Below are positions 7,853 to 15,815 of a stretch of 64,000 nt of DNA, piece by piece. Source of the DNA: a virus (lineage: Duplodnaviria > Caudoviricetes); the IMG/VR virus record IMGVR_UViG_3300032007_000058, positions 21,941 to 85,940 of that record; one strand, written 5' to 3'. The notes under the pieces are model-generated. The model saw only the letters and a list, made by a program, of their open reading frames with translations, did no database searches and was not told where the DNA came from. A program made the translations under genes and the position numbers. Within the stretch, counting starts at the first letter, position 1; every line of letters begins with the position of its first letter.

Positions 7853-9298
7853 ATGAAGGGCTTGCTATCGGGGCTGAAAGAGATGTTAGCCCGAAAAAAG
7901 CTGTTATCACGGGATGAGATCGCGGAGCTGCTGAACGTGAGCCAGGAGGCTTACGAGGCATTCGAGAAGGCGTATCGCGTTCACGCCTTCGATACGGGGC
8001 CCATGGTGTCGGACCGTCCCTTCGATGTTAGCGTTAGGGACCTAGCCGCCAGCCGCGATGGAGCGCCGGAGCCAGACGACGATACGCGGGCGCGCCTCGA
8101 CCGGATCGTCCAGCAGACCGTCGAGGAGCTAGACGCCCAGACCGCCGTGATGCGCTTCGTCGATGGTGATATGGTGGAGGAGCGCCCCGCCTTGCCAGAT
8201 GGGGGAGGAAGGGAGCGCTTGACGCCAGAGGATATCGAGGATATCCCGCTGGATCTGAGGCCACAGGTCTTAGGGGACTATATGTCGATACATTGCGGAG
8301 AGAGCACTCCCTCCGTCCTGTTCATGTATCGTGAATACCTGCGGGCCCAGTCTTCCCGCACCAGGATGATGTTCTATGGCAAATTTCGGCAGGGGCTGGA
8401 TATCCTCGACCTAGACCCGATCCTGTACGAGATGCTGAAGATGAACCCCAACAGTATGTCGAAATGGTTGCCCGCAGTAGCTAAGGCGAATAGTCGGGGG
8501 AGGGCCTTCAGGATACCTGACACGACGATCGCCGCCGTGCCGATCACGTTGCTACAATTATCGCGCATGGACTACGGCTGGCTAAACGACACGACGCTGA
8601 GGATCGTCGATGAGTACGCGCGGCGCGTGTTCGGCCTGGATGATAGGAAGGAGTACTTCGTGAAGACCGGGACATTCTCCTCGAAGTTCGACTTCAGGAA
8701 CGCGCGGGTGGGGGGGGACGAGGTGAAGGATCTTGGAGAGTACCTGATGTTCCTCTCGAATACAGCGGTGCTGATGGCCGGGCCGCTATCGACCCCGTGC
8801 ATCTATGGGGCCTCGACGACGAACGAGTGGGTGGTCCGAGAGTACGTCCCGGACGTCGAGGATGATCCGTGCATCTATAAGGGCTTGCCGCTGCGTACGG
8901 AGTACCGCGTATTCGTAGACGCGGACGACCGCGAGGTGTTGGGGATGTCGCCGTACTGGGAGCCTGAGATGCTGAAGGAGCGCTTCTCTACCGGTAGGGA
9001 CGCGAGCTCCCCGCATAGCATCCATGACTATATCATCATCCAGAAACATCAGGGCGTGATGATGGAGCGATACGAACGGAACAAGGATCGCGTGCGCGAG
9101 GGGATAGCGGCCATGCTCCAGTATCTAGACCTTAGGGGGCAATGGTCTATCGACATCATGCAGAACGGGGACGATCTGTGGCTGATCGACATGGGGCTGG
9201 CCGCCAATAGCGCCCTGAGGGAGTGCGTGCCGCCTGGGAAACTCAAGGCCCCCGACGAGGAATGGATACCGGCTTTGCCATTGACAAAAGGGGCATGA
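7853..9298 (+). CDS. ATP-grasp enzyme, CDC123/R2K-like
   Basis: FVKTGTFSSKF (two Lys), VVREYV, EYRVFV (Arg), SPYW, WSIDI and WLIDMG appear in ATP-grasp order. Confidence 0.7.
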   Translation: MKGLLSGLKEMLARKKLLSRDEIAELLNVSQEAYEAFEKAYRVHAFDTGPMVSDRPFDVSVRDLAASRDGAPEPDDDTRARLDRIVQQTVEELDAQTAVMRFVDGDMVEERPALPDGGGRERLTPEDIEDIPLDLRPQVLGDYMSIHCGESTPSVLFMYREYLRAQSSRTRMMFYGKFRQGLDILDLDPILYEMLKMNPNSMSKWLPAVAKANSRGRAFRIPDTTIAAVPITLLQLSRMDYGWLNDTTLRIVDEYARRVFGLDDRKEYFVKTGTFSSKFDFRNARVGGDEVKDLGEYLMFLSNTAVLMAGPLSTPCIYGASTTNEWVVREYVPDVEDDPCIYKGLPLRTEYRVFVDADDREVLGMSPYWEPEMLKERFSTGRDASSPHSIHDYIIIQKHQGVMMERYERNKDRVREGIAAMLQYLDLRGQWSIDIMQNGDDLWLIDMGLAANSALRECVPPGKLKAPDEEWIPALPLTKGA

Positions 9299-9308
9299 TC
9301 GATAAAAT
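9281..9308 (+). promoter_or_regulatory. putative sigma70 promoter for the small RHH gene
   Basis: TTGACA 9281-9286, 16 bp, TAAAAT 9303-9308; ATCGATAA occurs twice across it (possible operator). Confidence 0.55.
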
Positions 9309-9339
9309 GATAACTATCTATCGATAAGGGGAGGGGGAG

Positions 9340-9516
9340 ATGGATAAGAAAGAAAAGACGGTCCAGATGATCGTTCGTATCCCGGAGGGTATAGCGAGGG
9401 AGTTTAAGGCCTTATGCGCCCTGAAGGGGATGACGATCCAGGCCGTCTTAGCGCGCGTGATCAAGGAGTTTATCGAGAAAGAACGGGAAGAGAAGGAGCC
9501 CGAACGACCGACCTAG
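9340..9516 (+). CDS. ribbon-helix-helix (CopG/ParG-like) protein, 58 aa
   Basis: MDKKEKTVQMIVRIPEGIAREFKALCALKGMTIQAVLARVIKEFIEKE: beta strand then helix-G-turn-helix; translated by hand. Confidence 0.75.
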   Translation: MDKKEKTVQMIVRIPEGIAREFKALCALKGMTIQAVLARVIKEFIEKEREEKEPERPT

Positions 9517-9637
9517 CTTGGCGGCAAGACGGTCATCCGGGCAATGGAAAAGAGCCCCTAAAAGGGAGCCCCCTCACATGTCATAGTATAGCACGTGAGG
9601 GGCTTCCTTGGGCATGGGCTGTCAAGGAGGTCTTTTT

Positions 9638-9988
9638 ATGTCGGTCGATGCGGCGAAGTTCTTGGATCTGTTGGACGAGCGCGAGCAGGAGCTCATGCAG
9701 GCCTGCGTAGCGGCGGATAGGTCGGCATCTACCACGAAGATCTACGGATGCTACGAGGTGCGGCTGTGGGAGGATGGGACGGTCGAGACGATCTTCTGTC
9801 CCGGCGGGGATAAAGGGAAGGGGTACGTCGTCGCCGCCGTCTTCGAGGCCGAAGGCGAGGAAGCTATGACCGAGGAGCGATACGACCGCGAGGTCACCGC
9901 CGATGAGCTCCAGGAGTTCATCGCCTCGAAGCTTGAACAGTGCAGGTGCTACCTCCTGGACAAGATCGAGGCCCAAGAGGACGAGTGA
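9638..9988 (+). CDS. acidic hypothetical protein
   Basis: AAGGAGG RBS before ATG 9638. Confidence 0.7.
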   Translation: MSVDAAKFLDLLDEREQELMQACVAADRSASTTKIYGCYEVRLWEDGTVETIFCPGGDKGKGYVVAAVFEAEGEEAMTEERYDREVTADELQEFIASKLEQCRCYLLDKIEAQEDE

Positions 9989-9993
9989 GGACG

Positions 9994-10024
9994 AGGCCCG
10001 CCGGAGAGCGGGCCTTATTTTTTA
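9994..10024. terminator. terminator between the convergent accessory region and integrase
   Basis: AGGCCCGC-CGGAGA-GCGGGCCT followed by TATTTTTT; overlaps the integrase stop codon. Confidence 0.75.
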
Positions 10025-11247
10025 TCCAGCCGCTCCACCGCTCGGAGCTTGGCCTCTGGGGCCAGGTGGGCGTAGCGGAGGGTCATCTTCATATCCGCGT
10101 GCCCCAGGAGCTCACGGACGGTGTTCAGGTCCACGCCCGCCATGACCAGTCGCGACGCGAAGTCGTGGCGCATGTCGTGCCAGCGGAAATCTTCTATCCC
10201 CGCCCTCTTTATTAGCCCGTCCCAAGCGCTGCGACAGCCCCCCATCGGGCCGTCTCCCTGTGGAGAGGGGAAGACCGGGGCGTCCCCTTCCCCTTTCGTC
10301 TGGGCTCGCCACTTATCGAGCACCTCCTGGGCGGTCTTGTTGAGGGGGATCCGTATGGTCTTCCCGCTCTTCGAGGACGCCGCGCGGACGGTCAGCACTC
10401 CGTCCTGGATGTCACTCCAGCGCAGGGCCAGGAGCGAGCCGCGCCGGATGCCCGTGTTGAGGGAGAGGAGCACCATCGGCTTCAGGTGGTCGGCGAAGTC
10501 TTCCTTATCTATATGGGGGAGAGGATCCATGTGCCGCGCCTTGAGCCATTCGTTGTATCGTTCCCTGGCGGCGCGGAGCTCGGCCTCGCGCTCCTCCATC
10601 GCCTCGAATAGACGTTCCCTCTCATCGTCGGAGAGATAGCGGACGCGGCTGTCCGATTCGTCCCGTAGCGTCTCCAATCTCCCTAGTGGATAGGTATCGA
10701 TGATCTCCCGCTTGTAAGCCCAATTCAGGGCGGCTTTCAGGGCCGTGACCTTCCTATTTATAGTGGATGTCATCAACCCCCGCTTCCGGGCCGCCGTTCT
10801 CCAGGCCTCGACGTCGTGGAGAGAGAGCGTATCGAGGTCACGGTCCAACAGGGGGGCGAAGGCCGATCGGAGGAGGGCGAGCGTTTCGCCGCCGCTGCGG
10901 CGGTTCTCCAGCACCCACGGGCCATAGACGTTATCGAGGAAGGCCCCGAAGGACATCCGCTCTGGGCGCGACTCCTTCTGCCAGGGCTCCTCTCCCTTGG
11001 CGAGCGCGGTGAGGAACTCTGTCGCCGCCAGCCGGGCGTCCGGCAATGAGATTAGGTCAGCGTCCCCGATCTTATAGTGAGATGACTTTCCAGAGGCTTT
11101 CCTGTAAAATACATACCACGTCTTCTTGCCCTTCGCGCCGACGTAGAGCTGGAAGCCCCGTGTCTGGGCATCGGACCACCACGTCCCCTTGTCCCCATCG
11201 GGCTTGACGGAGAGCAGGAAGGACTGTGTGAATCGTACCTTTGGCAT
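10015..11247 (-). CDS. int: tyrosine integrase with N-terminal arm-binding domain
   Basis: Catalytic set TGIRRGS (R), WHDMRHDFAS (H-x-x-R), LLGH, RYAH (Y); N-terminal WWSD...GFQLYVGAKGKKTW arm-binding domain. Confidence 0.95.
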   Translation of the reverse strand: MPKVRFTQSFLLSVKPDGDKGTWWSDAQTRGFQLYVGAKGKKTWYVFYRKASGKSSHYKIGDADLISLPDARLAATEFLTALAKGEEPWQKESRPERMSFGAFLDNVYGPWVLENRRSGGETLALLRSAFAPLLDRDLDTLSLHDVEAWRTAARKRGLMTSTINRKVTALKAALNWAYKREIIDTYPLGRLETLRDESDSRVRYLSDDERERLFEAMEEREAELRAARERYNEWLKARHMDPLPHIDKEDFADHLKPMVLLSLNTGIRRGSLLALRWSDIQDGVLTVRAASSKSGKTIRIPLNKTAQEVLDKWRAQTKGEGDAPVFPSPQGDGPMGGCRSAWDGLIKRAGIEDFRWHDMRHDFASRLVMAGVDLNTVRELLGHADMKMTLRYAHLAPEAKLRAVERLDKK

Positions 11248-11420
11248 AAGGAGGCCTCCTTTCGTTAAAATCTTTGAAGCACCCTTGAAGCAATTATAGC
11301 ACGCTCGATATGATCCAGTATGATCCAGTAGAAAAGGGGAAGGGACCTAAGACACGTCTCTACATGGGATAACAAGAAAAAGGCTTATGGATAGCGGGCT
11401 CAGTAAAATCGTCTACGAGG

Positions 11421-11467
11421 CCTTGCCAAGGTTGGGGTCGCGGGTTCAAATCCCGTCTTCCGCTCCA
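11421..11467 (+). tRNA. 3' half only of tRNA-Gly(GCC), the att core; not a complete tRNA
   Basis: CC-TTGCCAA-GGTTG anticodon loop, T-arm GCGGGTTCAAATCCCGT, acceptor 3' strand CTTCCGC-T-CCA; the matching 5' strand and D-arm are absent. Confidence 0.9.
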
Positions 11468-11475
11468 ATATTTAT

Positions 11476-11510
11476 AAGGGCTGAGGGGGTTTCCTCCAAA
11501 GCCCTTTTTT
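11476..11510 (+). terminator. terminator that would follow the tRNA reconstituted on integration
   Basis: AAGGGCT...AGCCCTT stem followed by a T run. Confidence 0.7.
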
Positions 11511-11571
11511 CATACCTTGAAGCACCCTTGAAGCAAATCATGAGCTACCAGGAAGGGGGGAGGGGGTAACG

Positions 11572-12204
11572 ATGCGCGACCTAACGGGGCAGGTCTTCGG
11601 GCGACTCACAGTCATCGGCCTCGCACAGCCGAAGAATGGAAGGCGATATTGGCTATGCCGATGCGAGTGCGGTAATGAAAAGGCTATCGAGGGGACGTCA
11701 CTTGTAAGGGGCAAGTCTCAGAGCTGCGGATGTACGCGCCATGAGAAACTCAAAGACATGACAGGGCAGGTATTCGGGAAGTTGACGGTCATCGGGTATG
11801 AAGGATCAAAGGACGATAATTCCCTCTGGCGCTGTCGGTGCGAGTGCGGTAAGGAGACGGTCGTCTCTAGGAGCGCGTTATTGAGCGGATCGACTACGAG
11901 CTGCGGGGAGTTTAAATGTGGAGCATGGCGGGCCAAAGAAGAAGTCGATAGGAGCATTATCGGGAAACGCTTTGGCAGGCTCGTCGTAGTCGATTTCGTC
12001 GAGATGAGGGGCAGGAGGATAAGCTACTGGAAATGCCGATGTGACTGTGGCAACGAGAAGATAGTATCGCGGAACAGTCTCAGGAACGGGAAGACGAGGA
12101 GCTGTGGATGTCTTCGCAGGGAGATGATCAAGGGCATCGAGCCTGGGGTGGGGCGGTATGTCCTCCCTGAGCTAGAGAGACGGGACGAGGGAGGCGTGAG
12201 CTAG
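11572..12204 (+). CDS. Cys-rich repeat protein 1: three DLTGQxFGRLTV...WxCxCxCG...SCG(C) units, no nuclease module
   Basis: Three ~55-aa repeats of the type found at the N-terminus of phage HNH/AP2 proteins. Confidence 0.85.
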   Translation: MRDLTGQVFGRLTVIGLAQPKNGRRYWLCRCECGNEKAIEGTSLVRGKSQSCGCTRHEKLKDMTGQVFGKLTVIGYEGSKDDNSLWRCRCECGKETVVSRSALLSGSTTSCGEFKCGAWRAKEEVDRSIIGKRFGRLVVVDFVEMRGRRISYWKCRCDCGNEKIVSRNSLRNGKTRSCGCLRREMIKGIEPGVGRYVLPELERRDEGGVS

Positions 12205-12207
12205 GCC

Positions 12208-12870
12208 ATGCGGGATCTTACAGGACAAGTCTTCGGGCGGCTCACGGTGTTGGGGGCAGCGTACACGAAAGGCGGGAGGTCCTATTGGAAATGCCGCTGT
12301 GAATGTGGGACGGAAAAGGTCATAGCAAGGAGCGCCCTCGTAAGCGGGAGGACGCGGAGCTGCGGATGTTCGCGCCACGATAAGCGCCCCTATAGGATCA
12401 TAGACCTGACAGGACAGGTCTTTGGAAAGCTGACGGTCATAGAATTTGTAGCAAGGGACAAGGGCGCTACCTTTTGGCGTTGCCGCTGCGAGTGTGGGAA
12501 AGAAACGGTAGTGCGCAGAGAAGCCTTGCAGACCGGGGCGACAACGAGCTGTGGGAGTTTTTCATGTGGCGCATGGCGCGCTAGAGGGGAAATAGATACG
12601 ACTTTTATTGGCAAGCGGTTTGGGCGACTGGTCGTGATCGCCTTTGCTTGGCGGGATAAACGAAGGATGAGCCATTGGTTGTGTGAGTGCGATTGCGGCA
12701 ATAAAAAGGTGATAGCGCATAGCGGCCTCACAAGTGGCAGGACAAAAAGCTGTGGGTGCTTGCGCAAGAAAAAATATATAGACGTTCCGCCAGGGGTAGG
12801 CTTGTACGTCGCTCCTAAGCATACATCTGATGCAGAGCATGGAGGTACTGATGAAGGAGAAAAAGCATAA
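12208..12870 (+). CDS. Cys-rich repeat protein 2, full-length paralogue of protein 1
   Basis: Same three-unit order, same SCGxFxCGAWRA linker and PGVGxYV tail. Confidence 0.85.
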   Translation: MRDLTGQVFGRLTVLGAAYTKGGRSYWKCRCECGTEKVIARSALVSGRTRSCGCSRHDKRPYRIIDLTGQVFGKLTVIEFVARDKGATFWRCRCECGKETVVRREALQTGATTSCGSFSCGAWRARGEIDTTFIGKRFGRLVVIAFAWRDKRRMSHWLCECDCGNKKVIAHSGLTSGRTKSCGCLRKKKYIDVPPGVGLYVAPKHTSDAEHGGTDEGEKA

Positions 12871-15130
12871 TGACCTTACAGGGCAGGTATTCGGGCGGCT
12901 CACGGTCATCGGCTTTTCGCACGTAGGAGATGATGGAAGACTGCGGTATTGGGATTGTCAATGTGAGTGTGGCAATAGAAAAGCTATCCCTGAGATATCG
13001 CTGTTGAGCGGTAGTGCGAATAGCTGCGGATGCTTGAGGAAAGAAATAGCCGCAGAGCTGATGACGACGCATGGAGAGTCAAGGTCCCCTCTCTACAGGG
13101 TGTGGGCACGCTTAAAGAGCGTCTGTTACAACGAAAGCTATAAGGAGTACCCTAGCTATGGAGCAAAGGGGATAAAGGTCTGCGAGGCGTGGATGGGCTA
13201 TGAGGGCTTCCGTGCGTGGGCATATGAGAATGGGTATAGCCCAGATAAAAAGCTCAGACTGATGAGGATAGATACTGATGGAGACTTTACGCCTGGTAAC
13301 TGTAAATGGCAGGCCTCCAGCCCGCAGACGGATAAGGTAGAGGATATCCCGCGTAAAAAGAGATCGACAAGATCTGACCTAAAGGAGCAGGGAGGGGATG
13401 ATCATCAGGGGGATATCGTAGCGCCCCCACGCAATGACCTGACCGGGCAGACCTTCGGTCGGGTCACGGTGCTGGGCTTTTCCCATAAGAAGGGGAAGAT
13501 GCGATATTGGCTATGCCGCTGTGAGTGCGGGACCGAGAGGCCCTTCCCTGAGCGTGGGCTAGTGGAGGGCAAGACGAAGAGCTGCGGATGTATACGGAAA
13601 GAGCTCCCCTTGATGAAGGCCTCGAAGCATGGGGGCACAGGTAGCTTGCTCTATAACGTCTGGCACGCGCTCAAGGATGTCTGTCTCAACGAGAATAGCG
13701 GCGCGTATCATCGCTATGGGGCACGGGGGATAACGATCTGCGATGAGTGGCGCTATGATTTCGCCGTCTTTCGAGATTGGGCCTATGAGCATGGGTATAG
13801 CGTGTATCCCCCTGTCGTACTGAGGCGGCTCGATACGAGCGGGGACTTCGAGCCGGATAATTGTATGTGGTTACGTGTCAAAAAGTCCAAGAAGATAGCC
13901 TATCGGGGCGTGGAGCATACCGTCGCGGAATGGGCCAGGATCTTTGGCGTGGATAAGGGGACGTTGAGGCACAGGCTGAGGAATTGCGATCATGATCTGG
14001 CCGCCGCCTGCAAGGATCCTATCGGAAGGGATAAGAAGCAGATCGACCTCGATGCTTTGATCCCTGCACCTAAGAGCGGGGCAAGAAAGCCTAAGAAAAG
14101 ATGGGGAGACCTCACGGGACAGGTGTTTGGCCGTTTTACGGTGCTTGGATTCTCCCATAAAAAGGGGACCGTGAAATATTGGAGATGTCGGTGTGAGTGT
14201 GGAAATGAGAGGACCGTGGCGGCACAGTCCCTATTGAGCGGGGCGTCAAAGAGCTGCGGATGTCTGAGGTCTTTGCGGCGTAAGGACCTGACCGGACAGG
14301 TATTCGGCAAGCTAACGGTCTTAGGCTATGCTGGATCGAACGGCTTTGTGAGCCTTTGGCGCTGTCGGTGCGAATGTGGGAATGAGATCGTGCTCCCAAG
14401 GGGCTCATTGACGACTGGCGCAACGAGAAGCTGCGGATGTTTAAAGCGTGGCCCAAAGATGAAGGGGAAGGGCAAGATGGATATCATCGGGAAACGCTTT
14501 GGGCGGCTCACGGTGATAGCCTTCGATGGGATACGGGGGAGGAGAGCGAGCTATTGGCTTTGTCGTTGCGATTGCGGCAATGAGAAAGTTATCACACGTA
14601 GCAGCTTGATAAGCGGGAACACTAGGAGCTGCGGATGTCTGAAAAAAGAGGTCAATCCCACCATGACACATGGCGGCTCTAATACAAATCTCTATAGACG
14701 ATGGAATAGGGTAAGACACGATCCAAAGAGCACGATGTGCGATGAGTGGATGGAGTTTCCCGCCTTCAAAGATTGGGCCCTCGCTAACGGCTATGAGGAA
14801 GATAAGGAGCTATATCTCCACAGGAAAGTGCCACGTGAGGGATATACGCCTGAGAATTGCACATGGATCCCGCGTGGGGAGCATTTTAAAGGGGGGCACA
14901 ATAACGCAACGCGCAAAAAGTTAGCATACGGCGGATTGATGATGAAAACGACAGAGTGGGCCAAATTGCTTGGCGTTAGGAAGGAGGTCTTATATCAGAG
15001 GTTGTATAGATACGACAAGGACCTTGCGCGGGTCTGCAAAATCCCCTTCGATGGCAAGCAGGTAGACCTCGATACCATTGTCGAAGCGGAGAAAAAGCGG
15101 CTTGCGGGCAATGTTTTATCATTTCGGTGA
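12851..15130 (+). CDS. Cys-rich repeat protein 3: five repeats, three degenerate HNH-like modules, two HTH-like segments
   Basis: Modules HG...LY..W...(YG..GI..C).W..F..WA...GY...RxD..G.(F/Y).P.NC.W; HTH-like TVAEWARIFGVDKGTLRHRL and KTTEWAKLLGVRKEVLYQRL; ATG 12851 after GGAGG. Confidence 0.85.
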   Translation: MKEKKHNDLTGQVFGRLTVIGFSHVGDDGRLRYWDCQCECGNRKAIPEISLLSGSANSCGCLRKEIAAELMTTHGESRSPLYRVWARLKSVCYNESYKEYPSYGAKGIKVCEAWMGYEGFRAWAYENGYSPDKKLRLMRIDTDGDFTPGNCKWQASSPQTDKVEDIPRKKRSTRSDLKEQGGDDHQGDIVAPPRNDLTGQTFGRVTVLGFSHKKGKMRYWLCRCECGTERPFPERGLVEGKTKSCGCIRKELPLMKASKHGGTGSLLYNVWHALKDVCLNENSGAYHRYGARGITICDEWRYDFAVFRDWAYEHGYSVYPPVVLRRLDTSGDFEPDNCMWLRVKKSKKIAYRGVEHTVAEWARIFGVDKGTLRHRLRNCDHDLAAACKDPIGRDKKQIDLDALIPAPKSGARKPKKRWGDLTGQVFGRFTVLGFSHKKGTVKYWRCRCECGNERTVAAQSLLSGASKSCGCLRSLRRKDLTGQVFGKLTVLGYAGSNGFVSLWRCRCECGNEIVLPRGSLTTGATRSCGCLKRGPKMKGKGKMDIIGKRFGRLTVIAFDGIRGRRASYWLCRCDCGNEKVITRSSLISGNTRSCGCLKKEVNPTMTHGGSNTNLYRRWNRVRHDPKSTMCDEWMEFPAFKDWALANGYEEDKELYLHRKVPREGYTPENCTWIPRGEHFKGGHNNATRKKLAYGGLMMKTTEWAKLLGVRKEVLYQRLYRYDKDLARVCKIPFDGKQVDLDTIVEAEKKRLAGNVLSFR

Positions 15131-15147
15131 GGTCACCGAAATGATAA
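15116..15147. repeat. perfect 15-bp inverted repeat with a 2-nt centre
   Basis: TTATCATTTCGGTGA-GG-TCACCGAAATGATAA. Confidence 0.9.
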
Positions 15148-15150
15148 CGT

Positions 15151-15213
15151 GACGGCAAACAGGTAGACCTAGAGGCTATCGTCGCGGCTGAGAAAAAACG
15201 CCTCGGTGCATAA
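15151..15213 (+). pseudogene. orphan diverged copy of the 3' end of repeat protein 3
   Basis: Encodes DGKQVDLEAIVAAEKKRLGA-stop versus DGKQVDLDTIVEAEKKRLAG in the gene; in-frame stops immediately upstream. Confidence 0.75.
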
Positions 15214-15310
15214 AATTGCTATTTTAGATACATGGCTCAAAATGCGTAAACACAGGAGGGGGCTTGATATATGTGAAAAATAGGCTTATATGATTAGTTG
15301 CAGTAGGGAC

Positions 15311-15339
15311 TAGACATATTGCGTAGATGTTGCTATAAC
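15311..15339 (+). promoter_or_regulatory. sigma70 promoter with extended -10
   Basis: TAGACA 15311-15316, 17 bp, TG-C-TATAAC ending at 15339. Confidence 0.65.
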
Positions 15340-15344
15340 TAGAT

Positions 15345-15497
15345 AAAAGAGTGCTAGACGTCTCTCATCTTGCCGGAAGCGCGACGACTAGCACCTCAAA
15401 CAGGGGGCGCCCCCGATGGGGAGCGTCAGGCCCTTACCTGTGTATTTTAACCGAATGGGCAACTAGTCTCAATAGGCTAAATGCACGGGTAAGGGCC
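15345..15497 (+). ncRNA. candidate structured small RNA
   Basis: Three consecutive hairpins downstream of the promoter; the long third stem (15429-15497) needs two U-G pairs that form only on the + strand. Confidence 0.45.
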
Positions 15498-15524
15498 TCC
15501 CCCTGATATCGAGAGGAGGCCATC

Positions 15525-15809
15525 CTAGCTATCGCCACTTCCAATGTCAAGGGATACTGTCGGATAGCGCCTCTTTTTCTTGCGATAAAGGGCCTCTAGG
15601 TCCAGCCAATATCGCGCACAGATCCCGAAGATAGTTTCAAGCCGCATCGCGATATCTTCTGACAGAGCGATATCTCCCCGTATCAGCCTGACGATATCTC
15701 CCTCTGCCATCGACATTTGATCTGCTAGGTCCTTGCGGCTTATCCCCCTATCCTCGGCCTGTTCCTGTATCGTCCACCCAGGGGGGATAGCTATCGTCTT
15801 ATCTTCCAT
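15525..15809 (-). CDS. HigA-like XRE antitoxin (orphan)
   Basis: IAIPPGWTIQE..EDRGISRKDLA...LIRG...LSEDIAMRLETIFG...YWLDLEALY matches the HigA pattern. Confidence 0.85.
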   Translation of the reverse strand: MEDKTIAIPPGWTIQEQAEDRGISRKDLADQMSMAEGDIVRLIRGDIALSEDIAMRLETIFGICARYWLDLEALYRKKKRRYPTVSLDIGSGDS

Positions 15810-15815
15810 GCTAGT

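Larger units (their letters stand above)
11274..11536. mobile_element. attP site: tRNA-derived core flanked by integrase arm-type repeats
   Basis: Identical 20-bp TTGAAGCACCCTTGAAGCAA at 11274-11293 and 11517-11536 (each a tandem TTGAAGCA) on either side of the tRNA half; a tandem TGATCCAGTA repeat lies between; phage genes on both sides. Confidence 0.85.

Noticed and set aside
11395-11467. Complete phage tRNA-Gly gene
   Set aside because: The upstream GCGGGCT does not pair with the acceptor strand CTTCCGC, there is no D-arm, and the 5' anticodon stem is AGGCC rather than CAACC; only the 3' half is present
12851-15130. Active homing endonuclease or intron-encoded ORF
   Set aside because: All three nuclease-like modules lack the expected acidic residue, and no interrupted host gene or intron structure is evident; activity is not excluded without an assay
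15054-15213. Diversity-generating retroelement (VR/TR pair at the end of repeat gene 3)
   Set aside because: Differences between the two copies are mostly synonymous third-position changes of all base types, not adenine-specific, and no reverse transcriptase occurs in the window
15525-15809. Complete HigBA toxin-antitoxin module
   Set aside because: The upstream gene is thyX; no RelE/HigB-like ORF is adjacent
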